Notes: generated by a model not told the origin, from the sequence alone. Counted from the whole stretch's first letter, positions 39,594-51,799 are shown. The stretch: 62,755 bases of DNA, filler included, from Choristocarpus tenellus KU-1152 (GCA_964200185.2; 11 parts of 11 records of this genome joined end to end with filler, not necessarily neighbours in it); one strand, 5' to 3'. Numbers and translations are program-made.

Positions 39594-39952
39594 AATGTAA
39601 ATGTTGTGGTTTTACTGGTCAAAACACATCTACATCCTCAAATTTAAAATATATACGACATTATAAGATTCTATAAGTATGAACTTTCCATCTCCAAAGA
39701 TAGTTCTCATTCTTTTCAAAATGTTTGGTTTAAGGATAATGCTCAACGTCCTGCTATAATACACAGGATCTTATCACCCCCATACTGTGCACAAGTTGAC
39801 TATGCCATTCCACTTTTAACAGGATAGACCTCAACCAATATACGGACTAGTGTAAGGTCGCATGAAAGTCGAGAGTTGACCTTGAAGCCGCAGAGGTCAC
39901 CAGAGTGTGATCTTTGGAGTTGCATTTCACTCCAAACTCACCGCTTCAAGAC

Positions 39953-42900
39953 ATGAGAGGATACCAGTCGCGACGTGATGCTCGGGAAGACAAGGAATGG
40001 CTTAGGGAGTATGCCCTCCTGCGGAAGCAAATAGGACTGGTTGAAAGGGAGACTCGGAGTATTTACAGCACCCGTTCCGACCTGCAAGATGTAAGTGAAG
40101 CAAGGGAAGGGTGAGTTGTGCAACGAGAGTTACGGTAATGAAAATTACCTTCTAAGCGAAACTCCACCGCACTCCACGGACTATTCCATCACCCCCGATA
40201 GGATATATTGACCTTGTTGGAGCTGGAACGACAAGATGCTGAGGAAAGATACGAGGAGGAACGTTTTGTTCGCAGAAACCTGGAGGCGCAACAGGTAAGT
40301 GTGTTGCCATAGACTTGCGGGAAACATGTACGATTTGTGTTGGTTTTGGCGTGCTTTCCATACCAATTGACGTTTAAGGCAACATCTCGAATTTGGATCC
40401 CTATCAGAACTCAAGACCTCTTATCATACAACTCGTACTATTGAAAATATTAAATGGCGAAGTGTTGATGGACTCACAAGGCCCCTTTGGATTACATTTT
40501 CCACCTCATACCCCTTCCCCACCCTACCCCTTTCGTGGATCGCATATGGTCCCACCTTCCTTTTTTTGACCCTACCTAAGGATAGGCATCCAAATTGCTC
40601 CTCTCTTTGACCTTCTCTTTCTTGCGACCTCTCTCGCCCTCTCTTCCCCTCTCCGTACCTTCTTAAACGGAGTAATCGTATTAATGTCCTTAGGGGTAGT
40701 AGTTGTCCAGGTGATGAGGTCGACCAAAATCCGCCTCCCTCGTGACTTTTGAATTCCTCTGAACTTCTCCCCATGTTGAATATGTCAAACTCTGGGATAA
40801 CCCCTCCAATATGTCACGTACTTTTGTCTGCAATGCATGATTAGCCAGTGAGTGCGCATTCTCCAGGGTGCGCGTTTGCAGCCCTTGACATGTCAGAACA
40901 TACAGATGCTGGGAGCCTGCATGAAACCACATGAAGCATTAGGTTGCCAACACCTGGAAGGCATTTGAGCATACTGTACTTGAGATTTTGCAGCACATAC
41001 CCAGGCATTCATGCTTTGCATATACACAATTTTCATGTTAGCCCATTTATTTTTCCTTGTGCTCCCACCCCACCACCTGAAAGCCTCCCTGATTTTTTCA
41101 CAATCACTTTTTTTTTTTCTCTTTCTTGTTCCACTCTGTCTTCCTGTCAGGGAACCATGTCAAAGATATCCCAAGATATACAGCGGCTGTCAGAAGGGCT
41201 TGAGGTCAGGGGAGACCTGCAGGAGGTTATGGGGACACTAGAGGTACCTATCATAAGAGGAAATAAACTTTGTTGGGATGTATATCTTCGCCAAGTGATA
41301 TATAGACAGAGTGGGGGGAAGGGCACCATAGTAGAGGTATGGTCTCCTATTCCCTGTAAGATGTGCTTCTACACACGGACTATTTTATTGATATGTGTGT
41401 TTATTTTATTGATTTGTGTTTGTATTTTTTTGTTTGCCTCATTATCCCTCCGCCTTGACCTCTGTATGACTCTGCTATGTGAAATAGGTATATATGTATC
41501 TAATGAAGAACTGCATGGCAATGTTGTTGGACTGGGTGGGCAAAGTGCAGCATAAAGAGCTCAAACTTGCGAGAATGTGTGTGATTGTGACTCTGGTTAC
41601 CTTTGGCAACAATAAATGGTGAAATTTGACCTTTATGGACTGTGTCATCCCCCTTCCTACCTACCCTGAGCTAGCACTACTGACCTCTTCGGTGACATGA
41701 AGACACCCCTTATCCTTTGAGGGCTTCAGATGCACATGCTTGCTCTGTCCCGCATTATTTTTGAATATTTGGCATGTACTAGCAGTAGATGCAGCTGATA
41801 GTGAGAATAACTGGGCAGGGAACGGTCCTGGATATTCCCTGCGTGTTTTGATTGGTTCTCGTCTGTCGTCCCCTCTGCTCTGATGCCAACAGTGAGAATG
41901 TGTGTGTATTTCTACATTGAGTACAATACAGTGAGGTGGGGCCAGATTAATTGTCAACACCTCAAGTCCCAACTTGCTCAATGCTCATTCCTATGCGTGA
42001 CCTTGTTGCCAGAGATGAAACCCCTGTGTGTTTAGGCATTTCCTGCAGCAATGTGTTCGTGCTTGTGCATGCATCGTCACGTATGAAAGGTTTGTTGAGA
42101 CCCTCAACCTCCCTGGAAAATACATTTTCCCCTCAATTGATTCCCCAATGCCTCCCAAATTGGAGCGTTATCTGTCGGAATACCCTGATGAGACAATACA
42201 ACACAAAACAAGATGGTGACAAAGTAGTAAACTCACTTTCTGATGAATAGAAATTGTTAGCTATTTTGTTTTACTTGAGTGTGTATGGTGTGTCATTGGA
42301 CACTTAAACATAAGAGTGCACTCTGGATGAAGCTATCCGGACTTTTCCGGACCTATTATTCCTCCAGTTGCTTACCATCCCTGACCCTGTCTTCCCCTTC
42401 CCTCTTTTCGACTCCCCTTGGATGCATCTATCACCCTTATATGATGACAGGACCAGCTGTATGACTTCAAGTGCAGGATGAGGAAGGGATATGATGATCT
42501 TTCATCAAGGGAAAAGCATTTATCCAAGGAGGTGAATCAATCAGTTGTTTCTAGAAAGTCTCCACCTGTTGGAATAAAGGTGTACCTCTTCAATAACTAG
42601 GATTTCCACAACCAGGGCAAGATTTTTTTGTTTTTGCTTCTGTTCTTACAATGGTACTATTGTTAGTAGCTTAGTATACAATAGCACCATTGTTAGTAGT
42701 ATAGTATACAATAGTACCATTGTTAGTGCCATTGTTAGTGCCATTGTTAGTACTGCTTTGAATAATAGCTCCTTGCTCTGTATGTGTTCCCCTTTTCTGC
42801 TTTTATTTGCATTACTTCCACTTGCAACGATTGACTTGATGCTGTCATATGACATCATCCCATTTACTCTCCGATTTTCCCCAGGCAGCTGTCATGGATT

Positions 42901-43564
42901 GTTTTTGATTAGTGAACCGCCTGCCTGCAACAAGAGTTTGTCATGTTTTCCCCTTTGACTCCCCTCCGAGACACTTGCACTCTCAGCATGACTCAGCGTG
43001 GTGTTGACACTCTAGTGGAGATCTAGAGTTGAATTAACCAAGAGGAGTGTATTGTGTTTTGGATTTTTTTTTTTGTCTTTGCTTAATTGATGAAATGAAC
43101 GGGCATTGATAGGGATAGCTTCATTTTACAAACTGAATGTACTGACAAAAGAGACAAAATGTTACATGCACCTGTGGATTTGTATGCTCTGAAAGCAAAT
43201 TCCTCACCAGAAAGGCAGAGGGGTCCTTAGTAACTAAGTGACATTCCCCTCTCTATTAGTTTTGCTCTCTTGCTTCTTGAAGTGGTAGAAGTGTAAGTAG
43301 TAGTCCCTGTCAGTGCTCAGTTGTTCAGAACTGGATTGGTGCTCTCACAGTGGGGTTGGAGTTGGGGATAGGGCTTGGGTTAGAAGCAAGTAAGAAGCTT
43401 TGCATGTGATTTCTCACTTCTGAACCTCTTTTTTGGTCATATTCCCTTCCTCCAATGACTACTAACGGCAGCTCTTGTTGGCACTCCTTTGCTATGGTGG
43501 GAACATACCCTGTTCTTTCGCTTTTTTTTTTCTCTCTTTTCAGGTTGAAGAGCTGACCTCCAAG
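39953..43564 (+). CDS. Coiled-coil protein, 5' part, function unknown. Exons 39953-40090, 40202-40294, 41151-41243, possibly 43544-43564
   Basis: Phase-0 exons with GTAAGT donors and polypyrimidine acceptors: MRGYQSRRDAREDKEWLREYALLRKQI...|DILTLLELERQDAEERYEEE...|GTMSKISQDIQRLSEGL...|VEELTSK. Confidence 0.75.
42652..42753 (+). repeat. Intronic minisatellite: 30-bp unit x~2.5 followed by 12-bp CCATTGTTAGTG x~3
   Basis: Read directly. Confidence 0.85.
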
Positions 43565-44119
43565 GTGAAGGGTTGGGAGAAAATGGTGAGAGGGGATGGT
43601 GTGGAAGGAGAAGGGCAAGGGAAGCCCAAGAATTGGTCGTTTGATTTTTGCATGTGATTTAGGTTGAGAGTACCCAGCATGTGCAGGAAAATTGGTACAG
43701 TTATCCTTAAACCTATCATCCCGTCGCTAACCCTGGCACTATTAGTATGTAATGGACTGTGTAGTCTAGGTGTTGTACTATTCCAAGGACACTGTAGTGT
43801 CTGTCTTGTCAGTGGAGAGGGCTTCAAAAATCTGAAAAGAGTAGGTGGTTTGGAATAACAAAATGTGGACTGTTGAGAGTGTATGTCTGTACCTCCTTAC
43901 ATCCAATGTCTTTGCTGGGGCCGTGGGGGGGGGGGGGGGGGGGGGTCCCTCAACCCTACATACAAAAACCTTGAATTGGAAGATCTTGATTGGCAGGGTT
44001 CTTACTTCATGTTTGTTTTTATTCAAAGGTGGAAATATATATTTTTTCTTTGTTGCTTTATTTTACTTTATTTTAGTGTTCATTTTTTTTTTTATGCCTT
44101 TTGTCAAGATTAAAAGAAC

Positions 44120-44159
<40 letters not shown>

Positions 44160-44197
44160 GGGGGGGAGGACACTGGCCGGCCCCCCCCCCCCCCGAT

Positions 44198-44297
44198 NNN
44201 NNNNNNNNNNNNNNNNNNNNNNNNNNNNNNNNNNNNNNNNNTTAATTAATTAANNNNNNNNNNNNNNNNNNNNNNNNNNNNNNNNNNNNNNNNNNNN
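44198..44297. other. Artificial contig linker
   Basis: N44-TTAATTAATTAA-N44. Confidence 0.98.
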
Positions 44298-44498
44298 GCG
44301 ATTTTGATGTAATTTTTGGTATTGTGTTTATTAGGAAGAGTCAATATCAATGTTCTGGACACACCTTTTCATTGCGTATACAATTTATCTACTCCGAAAC
44401 ATTTTGGAGTAGGAAAATGTCATTAAAAACCCCACGGGAAGCCAAGCCCCAAATGGACAAGCAGGGCAAAACTCGTACCCTCTAAGATACTTTCACTC
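44298..44498. mobile_element. MITE family A, truncated by contig start
   Basis: Aligns to other A copies and ends TACCCTCTAAGATACTTTCACTC. Confidence 0.92.
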
Positions 44499-44632
44499 AT
44501 ATAATCTACTCTTCTTTCCCAGCCAAATATAACTGGTTTTGCCCTGTCTCGTTTTCTTGCAAGTTGAGGGACCCACCTTGGCTTTCCTCACTCTACTTAG
44601 CTGCTTTTGTTGTGCCTACCATACCTCCTTCT

Positions 44633-44893
44633 GACCATAGTATTCTAGAGGGAGGGTCCGGCACCCATTTGGGGCTTGTGTGACCCTTTAATGACCTTCA
44701 TATTGTATGAGTGAACGTGTCAGATGTAAGGGCAATTTCCTTCATCTGAATGTAGCTTCCTTTTCTATACACCTGCCTGAACCAAATCCAAAGGAAAACT
44801 ACTTGCAAAACGGCCATCTCGCTGGGTTATCTTGTAACACCTCATCAAGTCCAACCTGAGCTAAACATTCCCCCCTCTAAGATACTATGCGTC
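44633..44893. mobile_element. MITE family C, second copy (TSD not recognisable)
   Basis: GACCATAGTATTCTAGAGGG ... CCCTCTAAGATACTATGCGTC; shares TGTCAGATGTA-GGGCAATT-CCTTCATCTGA and ATCTTGTAACACCTCA with 38222-38495. Confidence 0.78.
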
Positions 44894-45199
44894 ACTTCCA
44901 CCCTTCAAATTGTTATATCGACCTCTTGCTGCGATCTGCTACACTTAGTTTAGACTCCTGATTCCTGAGTAAGAAACGTTGGTGCAACACCCCTTGGCCT
45001 GAGCGATTCAGACTCACACCAACCCCGAATACAGAGCCCTCTCTTTCATTCTCAAACAACAAGGCAAGTGATAATGTATCGAAAATGAATGAACTGGCCA
45101 GATAAAGCAGAGGAATAACGCCCGTATACTGAGACAAACATCACGAGAGCTTCAGTCCCTAGGACGTGGACTGGTTCAAAAGGTTAAGCTGCAGCGCAC

Positions 45200-45830
45200 A
45201 GCAAGACTTCGCCACCACGTAAGGTTTGGGATATGAAGATTAGTATAATTATGTGAGGGTCTTGTGTGCTACTGACTAAATGAGGGGGCTCATCAAGGGT
45301 ACCAAAGGTTTGATATGCATGGTGAAGGAGATTCCAGCAATATATCGTGAGGTGTGACATAACAAAACAGTAATGATAAATAACACTGTTGTGGGTGTGC
45401 CATCTACTATTACACAGGCCGATGAAGGCACTGCCGTCACAGGTCGTCTGAATCATCTCCGATAATGTTTGCCAACATCAGGTGCGATCACAAAGACAGG
45501 CAGCAATAACAATTCAGCGGGCATTCCGAGGCTGGTGTGTGAGGAAGGCAGTGTTTTCCTCGCACCGAGAATACTGGGAACAGGTGGAGGTAAAGTCCAG
45601 GGAATGGCTTGCATATTTTTTAAGTTAGTGTGATTTGAGGTGGGTGTGTGGGTAAGAGATTTGGAACAGAACGTCAGCTCCAATTTAAGGTGTATGAGGA
45701 GGAAGCCAGAGGAGCTTAAATTTAGGCCCAGGTCACAGCAACAGAAAGGATGCCATAAAATTAAAGACATATCGAACGATCGTGCTCTTCAGTGCTGGGT
45801 GTGCATGCGATGAATCTTTTATGGTTTCTT
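45200..45830 (+). pseudogene. Possible piggyBac-like transposase C-terminal relic
   Basis: YNYVRVLCATD*MR trace (compare YNxxMGGVDxxDQ) followed by CWVC; highly decayed. Confidence 0.25.
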
Positions 45831-46437
45831 GATGTCATTGAGGACATTCTCCTTTGTTTCGGCTCTGGTTACAATGTAGACATGACAAGATTTACAACAT
45901 CGAGATGGAAGGGGTAGAGGACGTAGTACCTAGCAAAAATTTCCACCAATGGAAGTACTGGTTTTCACTCCAACCATTCCACACACTCATCTTTGAGTGA
46001 ACTAGTATGGTGATATATCTGTACGTGTTTGTAGTGTCCTCGGTGAAGGTTTTTGGTTTATTTGAGTCAAGGAATGTTCCGCTGCTACCTATATCTATTG
46101 CAGAATAGGATTGGAAAGTAATTCCTTCACAACTTGTAACTATTTCAAACTTGTGCGAGAAAGTCATTGTCGATTCCATGGGGTGCTTGTTTGTAAGCTC
46201 AAATGTGAAGTAATCAACAGACTCAGATGTCCTGGTTGACAATATATATATATATATATGTGTGTGTGCACTAGCCTCAAGGGAGAGCACTAAGTAGGCA
46301 AAACGTTTCTTACATCTTTACTCTCTGGTATTGAGCTATGTGGGACAGGAACAACACGCCTACAAAACAATGTCAGGATCCATACTATTTTAGTTGAGAT
46401 ACTCCAACACAACATGATCCTGGTTCCCATGTCACAG

Positions 46438-47313
46438 GACCAGGCTACCGGAGATATCTACTATCTTAATACATGGACCCAGGAAACCCGCTGGGAAAAA
46501 CCACTAGAGCTCTCTCTGTTTGAGCGGCAAACTAGTTATACAGAGTCAGGAGAATCCATCGATCACAAGCGATACGAAGGAGATCACAGTAACAGCACTC
46601 AATGCAATAGCAAAGAAAGTAGTGTCAGCAGCCATCTCAAGGAACTCTTGATTCAGACCTCAGCAGTTTTGGAGGATGAGGGATTCGGGTTCGAAACATC
46701 TCCAAATAGAACATGTGGCACTACTGAATCACCATATCATGGCTGTGGTGCGTGGGTTAGCCTCGATCACAAAAACATCTCCCATCCTTGTTGGTACCAC
46801 AAGGCCACCATGGAATACCGTTGGGACGACCCGGTCTCATCACCAAGGACCCTTGCAGGGGGTGGCAACAGGGGCAGGGATAGAGAAGGAAGGGGAGGAT
46901 TCTTCTCAAACCGAGAGGAAGGGGAAGCGTGGCTACTTTTGCAAGACTTGGACACCCTCCTTGAAGGTAGTCAAGAGGTTCGCTCCATTGGCCCGGCTGG
47001 TTGGAGAGAGCTCCGTTCCAGACCTACAGCTGAGCAGCCTTCTAGTGTTAACATGGACCTCAGCAGAAATGTTTCTGGCAAAAGCAGGCCCGGCAGTCTT
47101 CATCAACAAGGGATAGGGAACTCTCACACAGTAGGACAAGTCCCTGCTGCTCTATCAAGGGTTGACCAGGATCCATCCTCAATAGGACCCCTACCACCAG
47201 CTCACCAGCCCTTTACATTCTTCCACAATCAAGTCACAGGTGAGTTGAGATGGTCTTTATCACCAAGGAGTGCACTTTACTCACCACATTCTCCTCAAAG
47301 GGTACAACTGTAG
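46438..47313 (+). CDS. Terminal coding exon of a multi-WW-domain protein
   Basis: CACAG acceptor, then DQATGDIYYLNTWTQETRWEKP, WVSLDHKNISHPCWYHKATMEYRWDDP and FTFFHNQVTGELRWSLSP; longest ORF in the window, ending TAG. Confidence 0.85.
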   Translation, partial: DQATGDIYYLNTWTQETRWEKPLELSLFERQTSYTESGESIDHKRYEGDHSNSTQCNSKESSVSSHLKELLIQTSAVLEDEGFGFETSPNRTCGTTESPYHGCGAWVSLDHKNISHPCWYHKATMEYRWDDPVSSPRTLAGGGNRGRDREGRGGFFSNREEGEAWLLLQDLDTLLEGSQEVRSIGPAGWRELRSRPTAEQPSSVNMDLSRNVSGKSRPGSLHQQGIGNSHTVGQVPAALSRVDQDPSSIGPLPPAHQPFTFFHNQVTGELRWSLSPRSALYSPHSPQRVQL

Positions 47314-48132
47314 AAATGAGCAGCTCAACTCCGCATGGCAGAGCTTCCAACCACTCGTCCCTTGTCAAGGGAAGTGAGGATGCCTACAAGGAGCAAAGAA
47401 GAACAATGACAATGAGACCAATCAGGTTAACTGCTTGCAAGAAGGACTGAGGAGGAAACATAGAGTGGACGGCAAAGGATGAAGATAATTTTATATCTAT
47501 TTTAGGTCTACTCTAGAACAATGGTGGGAAATCATAGTGCTAGAATCGATATTGCCTGGTTTGACGTGCCAGGTCGATAGAGTAGGCTACAAGCAAGTCA
47601 CTGAGATGGACAGCAAGCTGACAAACGTGGGAGGATAGTGTGAAGAATAGGCTGCTGACCAATCCGTTGGTGATCCTGTCACCAAGTAGAGTCAACACGT
47701 GTTCCAAACAAGTCTCCCTAGGTAGTGATTGGAATTGCAAGGAAATGCTTGAGCAATGCATCAATCTTAAAGTCGGGCCAGGGAGGTTTTTATTCTCCTT
47801 TACCTCTTCCTCTCCGTTTAACCCTGGTGGGTACTTAGGAAATAGCATCCAGATTAAATCTCTGAAGAGGGACAATAATTCAAAGGGCTAACATATATAT
47901 GAAGCATAGATACTTCAGAGTGCGCGGATTCTGCAAGGGAATCATTATTTAACAGAGAGAACCTTGATATGCTTTCTGGAGAGGCAAAGGGGAAGCATTG
48001 CCTTGTCGACAAATCTGCTCCTATTTGTCCTGCCAAACCTAGAAACGGGTGAGGGGGGGGGAGAAAGACCACAAAACGTAGACCCAATCCATAATTGGCT
48101 GTCCTCACCCTCTCCATAAATCATCTCTGTTT

Positions 48133-48318
48133 GACCCAAAGCATCTGAGGGGGGGGGGGGTCTACACCAGAGTATCCATTTGGATCATAACCAGGAAAAG
48201 TGCGTTTAAATTATCACATTATCCATCCGACGTATGCAACCAAATCACCCCAAAATCGCGACATGAAAAAATTTGTCCCAAGTGGGCAGCCGCCACCCCC
48301 CCCCAGATACTTTTAACC
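48133..48318. mobile_element. MITE family B, full length (~186 bp), flanks share TTT
   Basis: GACCCAAAGCATCTGAGGG ... CCCCCAGATACTTTTAACC. Confidence 0.88.
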
Positions 48319-49595
48319 TTTGTTTGAAGAGGAACTTTTATTCGACTGTTTTCATAATCTCAGAATGACCCTGCCTGCTGCTAGGAAGATTGAGACCTGA
48401 TCGACGTTGTTAGGTGATCGGCAATATAATTACCCAACTTAATGTTTCATTTTTTCACTGTTAGAGCTACTACCGCAGTATTGCATTGTTATCCACTACA
48501 ATATCGTGTTGCGTTTTCTTACAATTGCAACCTCACCCTGACGCCATACTTTCCTGCTAGCAAACTTTGACACACTGGCATGTCTCATGAGGAAATATAT
48601 TTTTATGGATGTGAGTAGGTACATGTGATACAAATTGAAGCTCGTCACCACTAAGAGATCCGCCTTTGAATATAGGGGCAGAAATATTTGCAATAATGGA
48701 TTAATCATCTACGACTGATACCATGCAATCAACAAGCTCATGTGCAGAGAAGATATGCAAAACCGATCATTAGAAGGGAAAGTCTGGTGAACTGGCTGGT
48801 GCAAGACAATTTCTTATGGCGTCTTTTCATCAGCAACAACCCACATCTTCTTTAGCCACAGGCAGAGCGAGCGATACAGGTCGACACCATTCGGGTAAGG
48901 ATTTACCTTCACCATCTGCTTCCCAAGATGAGGTTGTCGCATGGCTAAAGGCAAATCGAGTTTGCTTCCACCACGCTTTCGGTCGCGACAGCTTCAAGTA
49001 TATCAGTCGCAAGTGCATAGTCTATAAGTTAAACTATGAACAATAATAAAATATCTATGTATTGAAATAGAAACACGTAGAGTTGGTGTATCTATATAAG
49101 AGAGGTCAATATAAGAGAGGTCAATATAAGAGAAAACGGGATATAAGAGAAGGTAAATTGCTTTGTAGGCTATAAGAGAGGTTTCACCGTTTTCCTCCCA
49201 ATTTTCTCTTATATCGAGCAAACTCGCATTTTTTTCACTACTTGACTGAGTGAGGAGGGGTTTTCCAAAAAGCCATATCTAATGTTAAGCAAAATAAAAC
49301 AAAGGCACAAAGCTACTCGAGACCACCAGGACACACTATAGCAGTCTTCTGTCTCTTAGTACTGCACAGTACAGTACATACAGTATATATCACATCAAGT
49401 TTAGACGACTGCACTGTACATATATAACGATGCCCTGCACAGCGGGATCCAACTGTAACATACAGGGTAATGCTCCTGGTCCACCACACTATACATACCA
49501 TAAGTGTCACGTTTGCAGTGGCTACCTATTCGTGGCATTTGCAACGTAGTGGATCCTTTTGGGGCCAGCAAAATGAAACACATGCGCAAATTATG

Positions 49596-49890
49596 CATGA
49601 GCCCTACCAAGCGCAAGGCTTTGAGTCCTCCAGCCGGTGACAACACAGCATCGAAGCGCCACGATAAAAAGAACAAGACCAAGGGGAAAGTGCTGCCAAA
49701 TAAATTTACGGAGAAAGTTGCGTCCAACAAGCCTCACAGTGCCGACAATTGTAAACGCTTGGGCTTTGTAGAGAAGGTGGAAGCGTTGATACTCCTGAAG
49801 ATCATGACGAGAACTGCAGTTGCTCAAGTGTTTGGAATCGATCACAGTACCCTCTACAAGTTGAAGGAGGCAATAACCATCATGGAATAA
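49596..49890 (+). pseudogene. pogo-like transposase N-terminal HTH (CENP-B_N/psq-like), truncated
   Basis: KRLGFVEKVEALILLKIMTRTAVAQVFGIDHSTLYKLK followed by a stop. Confidence 0.75.
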
Positions 49891-50010
49891 GCGCAGACTC
49901 TTAAGCCTGACACCAAGTCTACGAGGGGTGCCAAACATGTTGAGATGCATCAGCGCGTGGATTGAAATTCTGAAAGTAGGTTGATTGTGATCATGATTGA
50001 ATTGTCTTTC

Positions 50011-50269
50011 GAGTGAAAATATCTCAGAGGGTACGAGGTTTTCCCTGTTTGTCCATTTGGGGCTTAACTACCCACATGTTCTTATCGACATTTTACCTGC
50101 TCGAAAGTATTTTGGAGTAGGTAAAATGTTTACGTTATGAAAAGGAGTGTCAGAAACAAGAATATTGACATCTCCTAACAAAAATGATATCCAAGATTAC
50201 ATCAAAATTGCAACATTGGATTTTGACCCCCAAATGGACACGGCTCTACCCTCTAAGATAATTTGACTC
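50011..50269. mobile_element. MITE family A, full length 259 bp, TSD TTTC, nested in the pogo-like element
   Basis: GAGTGAAAATATCTCAGAGGGTA ... TACCCTCTAAGATAATTTGACTC, with TTTC on both flanks. Confidence 0.93.
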
Positions 50270-51112
50270 TTTCTGTACTCTGCTGATGAGGATCATGATT
50301 GAAGTTTTTAAAAATTGCGCGCGTTTCTGTCGTACTATAACGTCTGTACTGTGTACTGTAGTATCATGGATGGCCATTTTGCTCATAGAGGTACGTCCCA
50401 CACAAGGTGTCCCCATATATTAATGAGGATCTCTCCAGTGCTCTTGATGCTCTGCACCTTAACCTGGTGAAAAAACATCTCAGGCTTCCATCGACGCAGC
50501 AAGAGCGTGGATCGGTGCAGAAGACAACAATTAAATGACCAATGTGATACTAGAGGACATGAAAGACCAGCTACTCTAGGAATCCTTGTATCAGTCAGAC
50601 AATGAGAGCTCGGGTGATGAGAATGACGATGGGTTTATGGGAGGGGGCAGCGCATCGGGGGCCGTGAGGAAAGGAGCTGCCTCTTTGGTGTTCTCAATTC
50701 CTCCACCGCTGTATACTCTCAAGTAGCTGACGAGTTTGCAGGCTTAGAAACAACCGCTGAAGAGCGCAGCATGAAGGTTGTTTCGTACTAATATATCTCC
50801 AGAAACCAAAGCTGACCTGTCTCAGCACAATCAGGGCAAGGGCAATCAAACAAGCGGACATTCGAGATTTTTTTGCAGTGGCGATTTTTTTCATAGCAAA
50901 TAAGTTGTTTTACTCAGTGCATGCGATGGAGGGTCCATGGTGCAGCTGCATTTGTTCCACGGTGGCGTTCTTGATACTGTCTGTATAATATCCTGGTAGA
51001 GTGCAATTCAATACCTAGGGCAGGGCATTGGAGGGGGATTGGCCTGGAACGTTGATTCAATATGTCTGTCCAGCCATAAAATGCCTTGCGGGTGCTTTTC
51101 TTGGGAAGGTGT

Positions 51113-51291
51113 GACCCAACGAATCTGGGGAAGAGGGGGGGTCTACACCAGGGTGACATTTGGGCCATAACCAGGAAAACTGCACTTCCATTATCCATCC
51201 AACCTATGCAACCAAATCATCCAAAAATCGTGACATAGAAAAATTGGCCCCAAATGGACAGCCGCCCCCGCCCCCCCAGACACTTTGAGCC
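51113..51291. mobile_element. MITE family B, full length 179 bp, flanks share TGT, nested in the pogo-like element
   Basis: GACCCAACGAATCTGGGG ... CCCCAGACACTTTGAGCC. Confidence 0.88.
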
Positions 51292-51726
51292 TGTACTATA
51301 CACATGAGTGAATAAATCGTAATGAGTGTAGTTTACGAAAGTTAGAGTACTATGTACATATGACACTGGTATACTGTGCAGGGGTGTGTAGATATGGTGC
51401 TTATTTTCCACCTCAGCTGCATCAAAATGGGCTCACCGAGGACAATGTTCAATACATATCTCGACATATAGCTACTCTTGAAGGCACTGGGAAGCACATA
51501 TAGCAAGGGCGTCACTCTGTCATTTTTCGGGTACAAGTAGAAAGTTCCTACGTACGGACACTGTTGCTCAATATAGCATAGTGTTCTCTTATTTTGATCT
51601 CTAGGTTTAAGAGAAAAGCGATCTTACATACAATAATAGAAGATCGGGATATAAGTTAGGGGGTTTTCCCTTGTCCCTACCCTCTCTTATATAGGTACAC
51701 TGACTGTATTACAAGAAATAAGATAA

Positions 51727-51799
51727 GAGACAAAGTATCTTAGAGGATAGAGCCGCGTCCATTTGGGGGCCACAATCCAATGTTGCGATTTTGATGTAA
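51727..51799. mobile_element. MITE family A, one end, truncated by contig end
   Basis: GAGACAAAGTATCTTAGAGGATAGAGCCGCGTCCATTTGGG. Confidence 0.88.

Larger units (their letters stand above)
49080..51706 (+). mobile_element. Defective pogo/Tigger-like DNA transposon with both TIRs and TA TSD
   Basis: 26-bp TIRs match 22/26 (GAGTTGGTGTATCTATATAAGAGAGG / CCTCTCTTATATAGGTACACTGACTG); TA on both flanks; internal CENP-B/psq-type HTH. Confidence 0.85.

Noticed and set aside
41951-42250. DETP motif as a pogo DDE domain
   Set aside because: An isolated 4-residue match with no supporting context
42652-42753. Repeat array as CRISPR
   Set aside because: Contiguous tandem units without unique spacers, no cas genes, eukaryotic intron context
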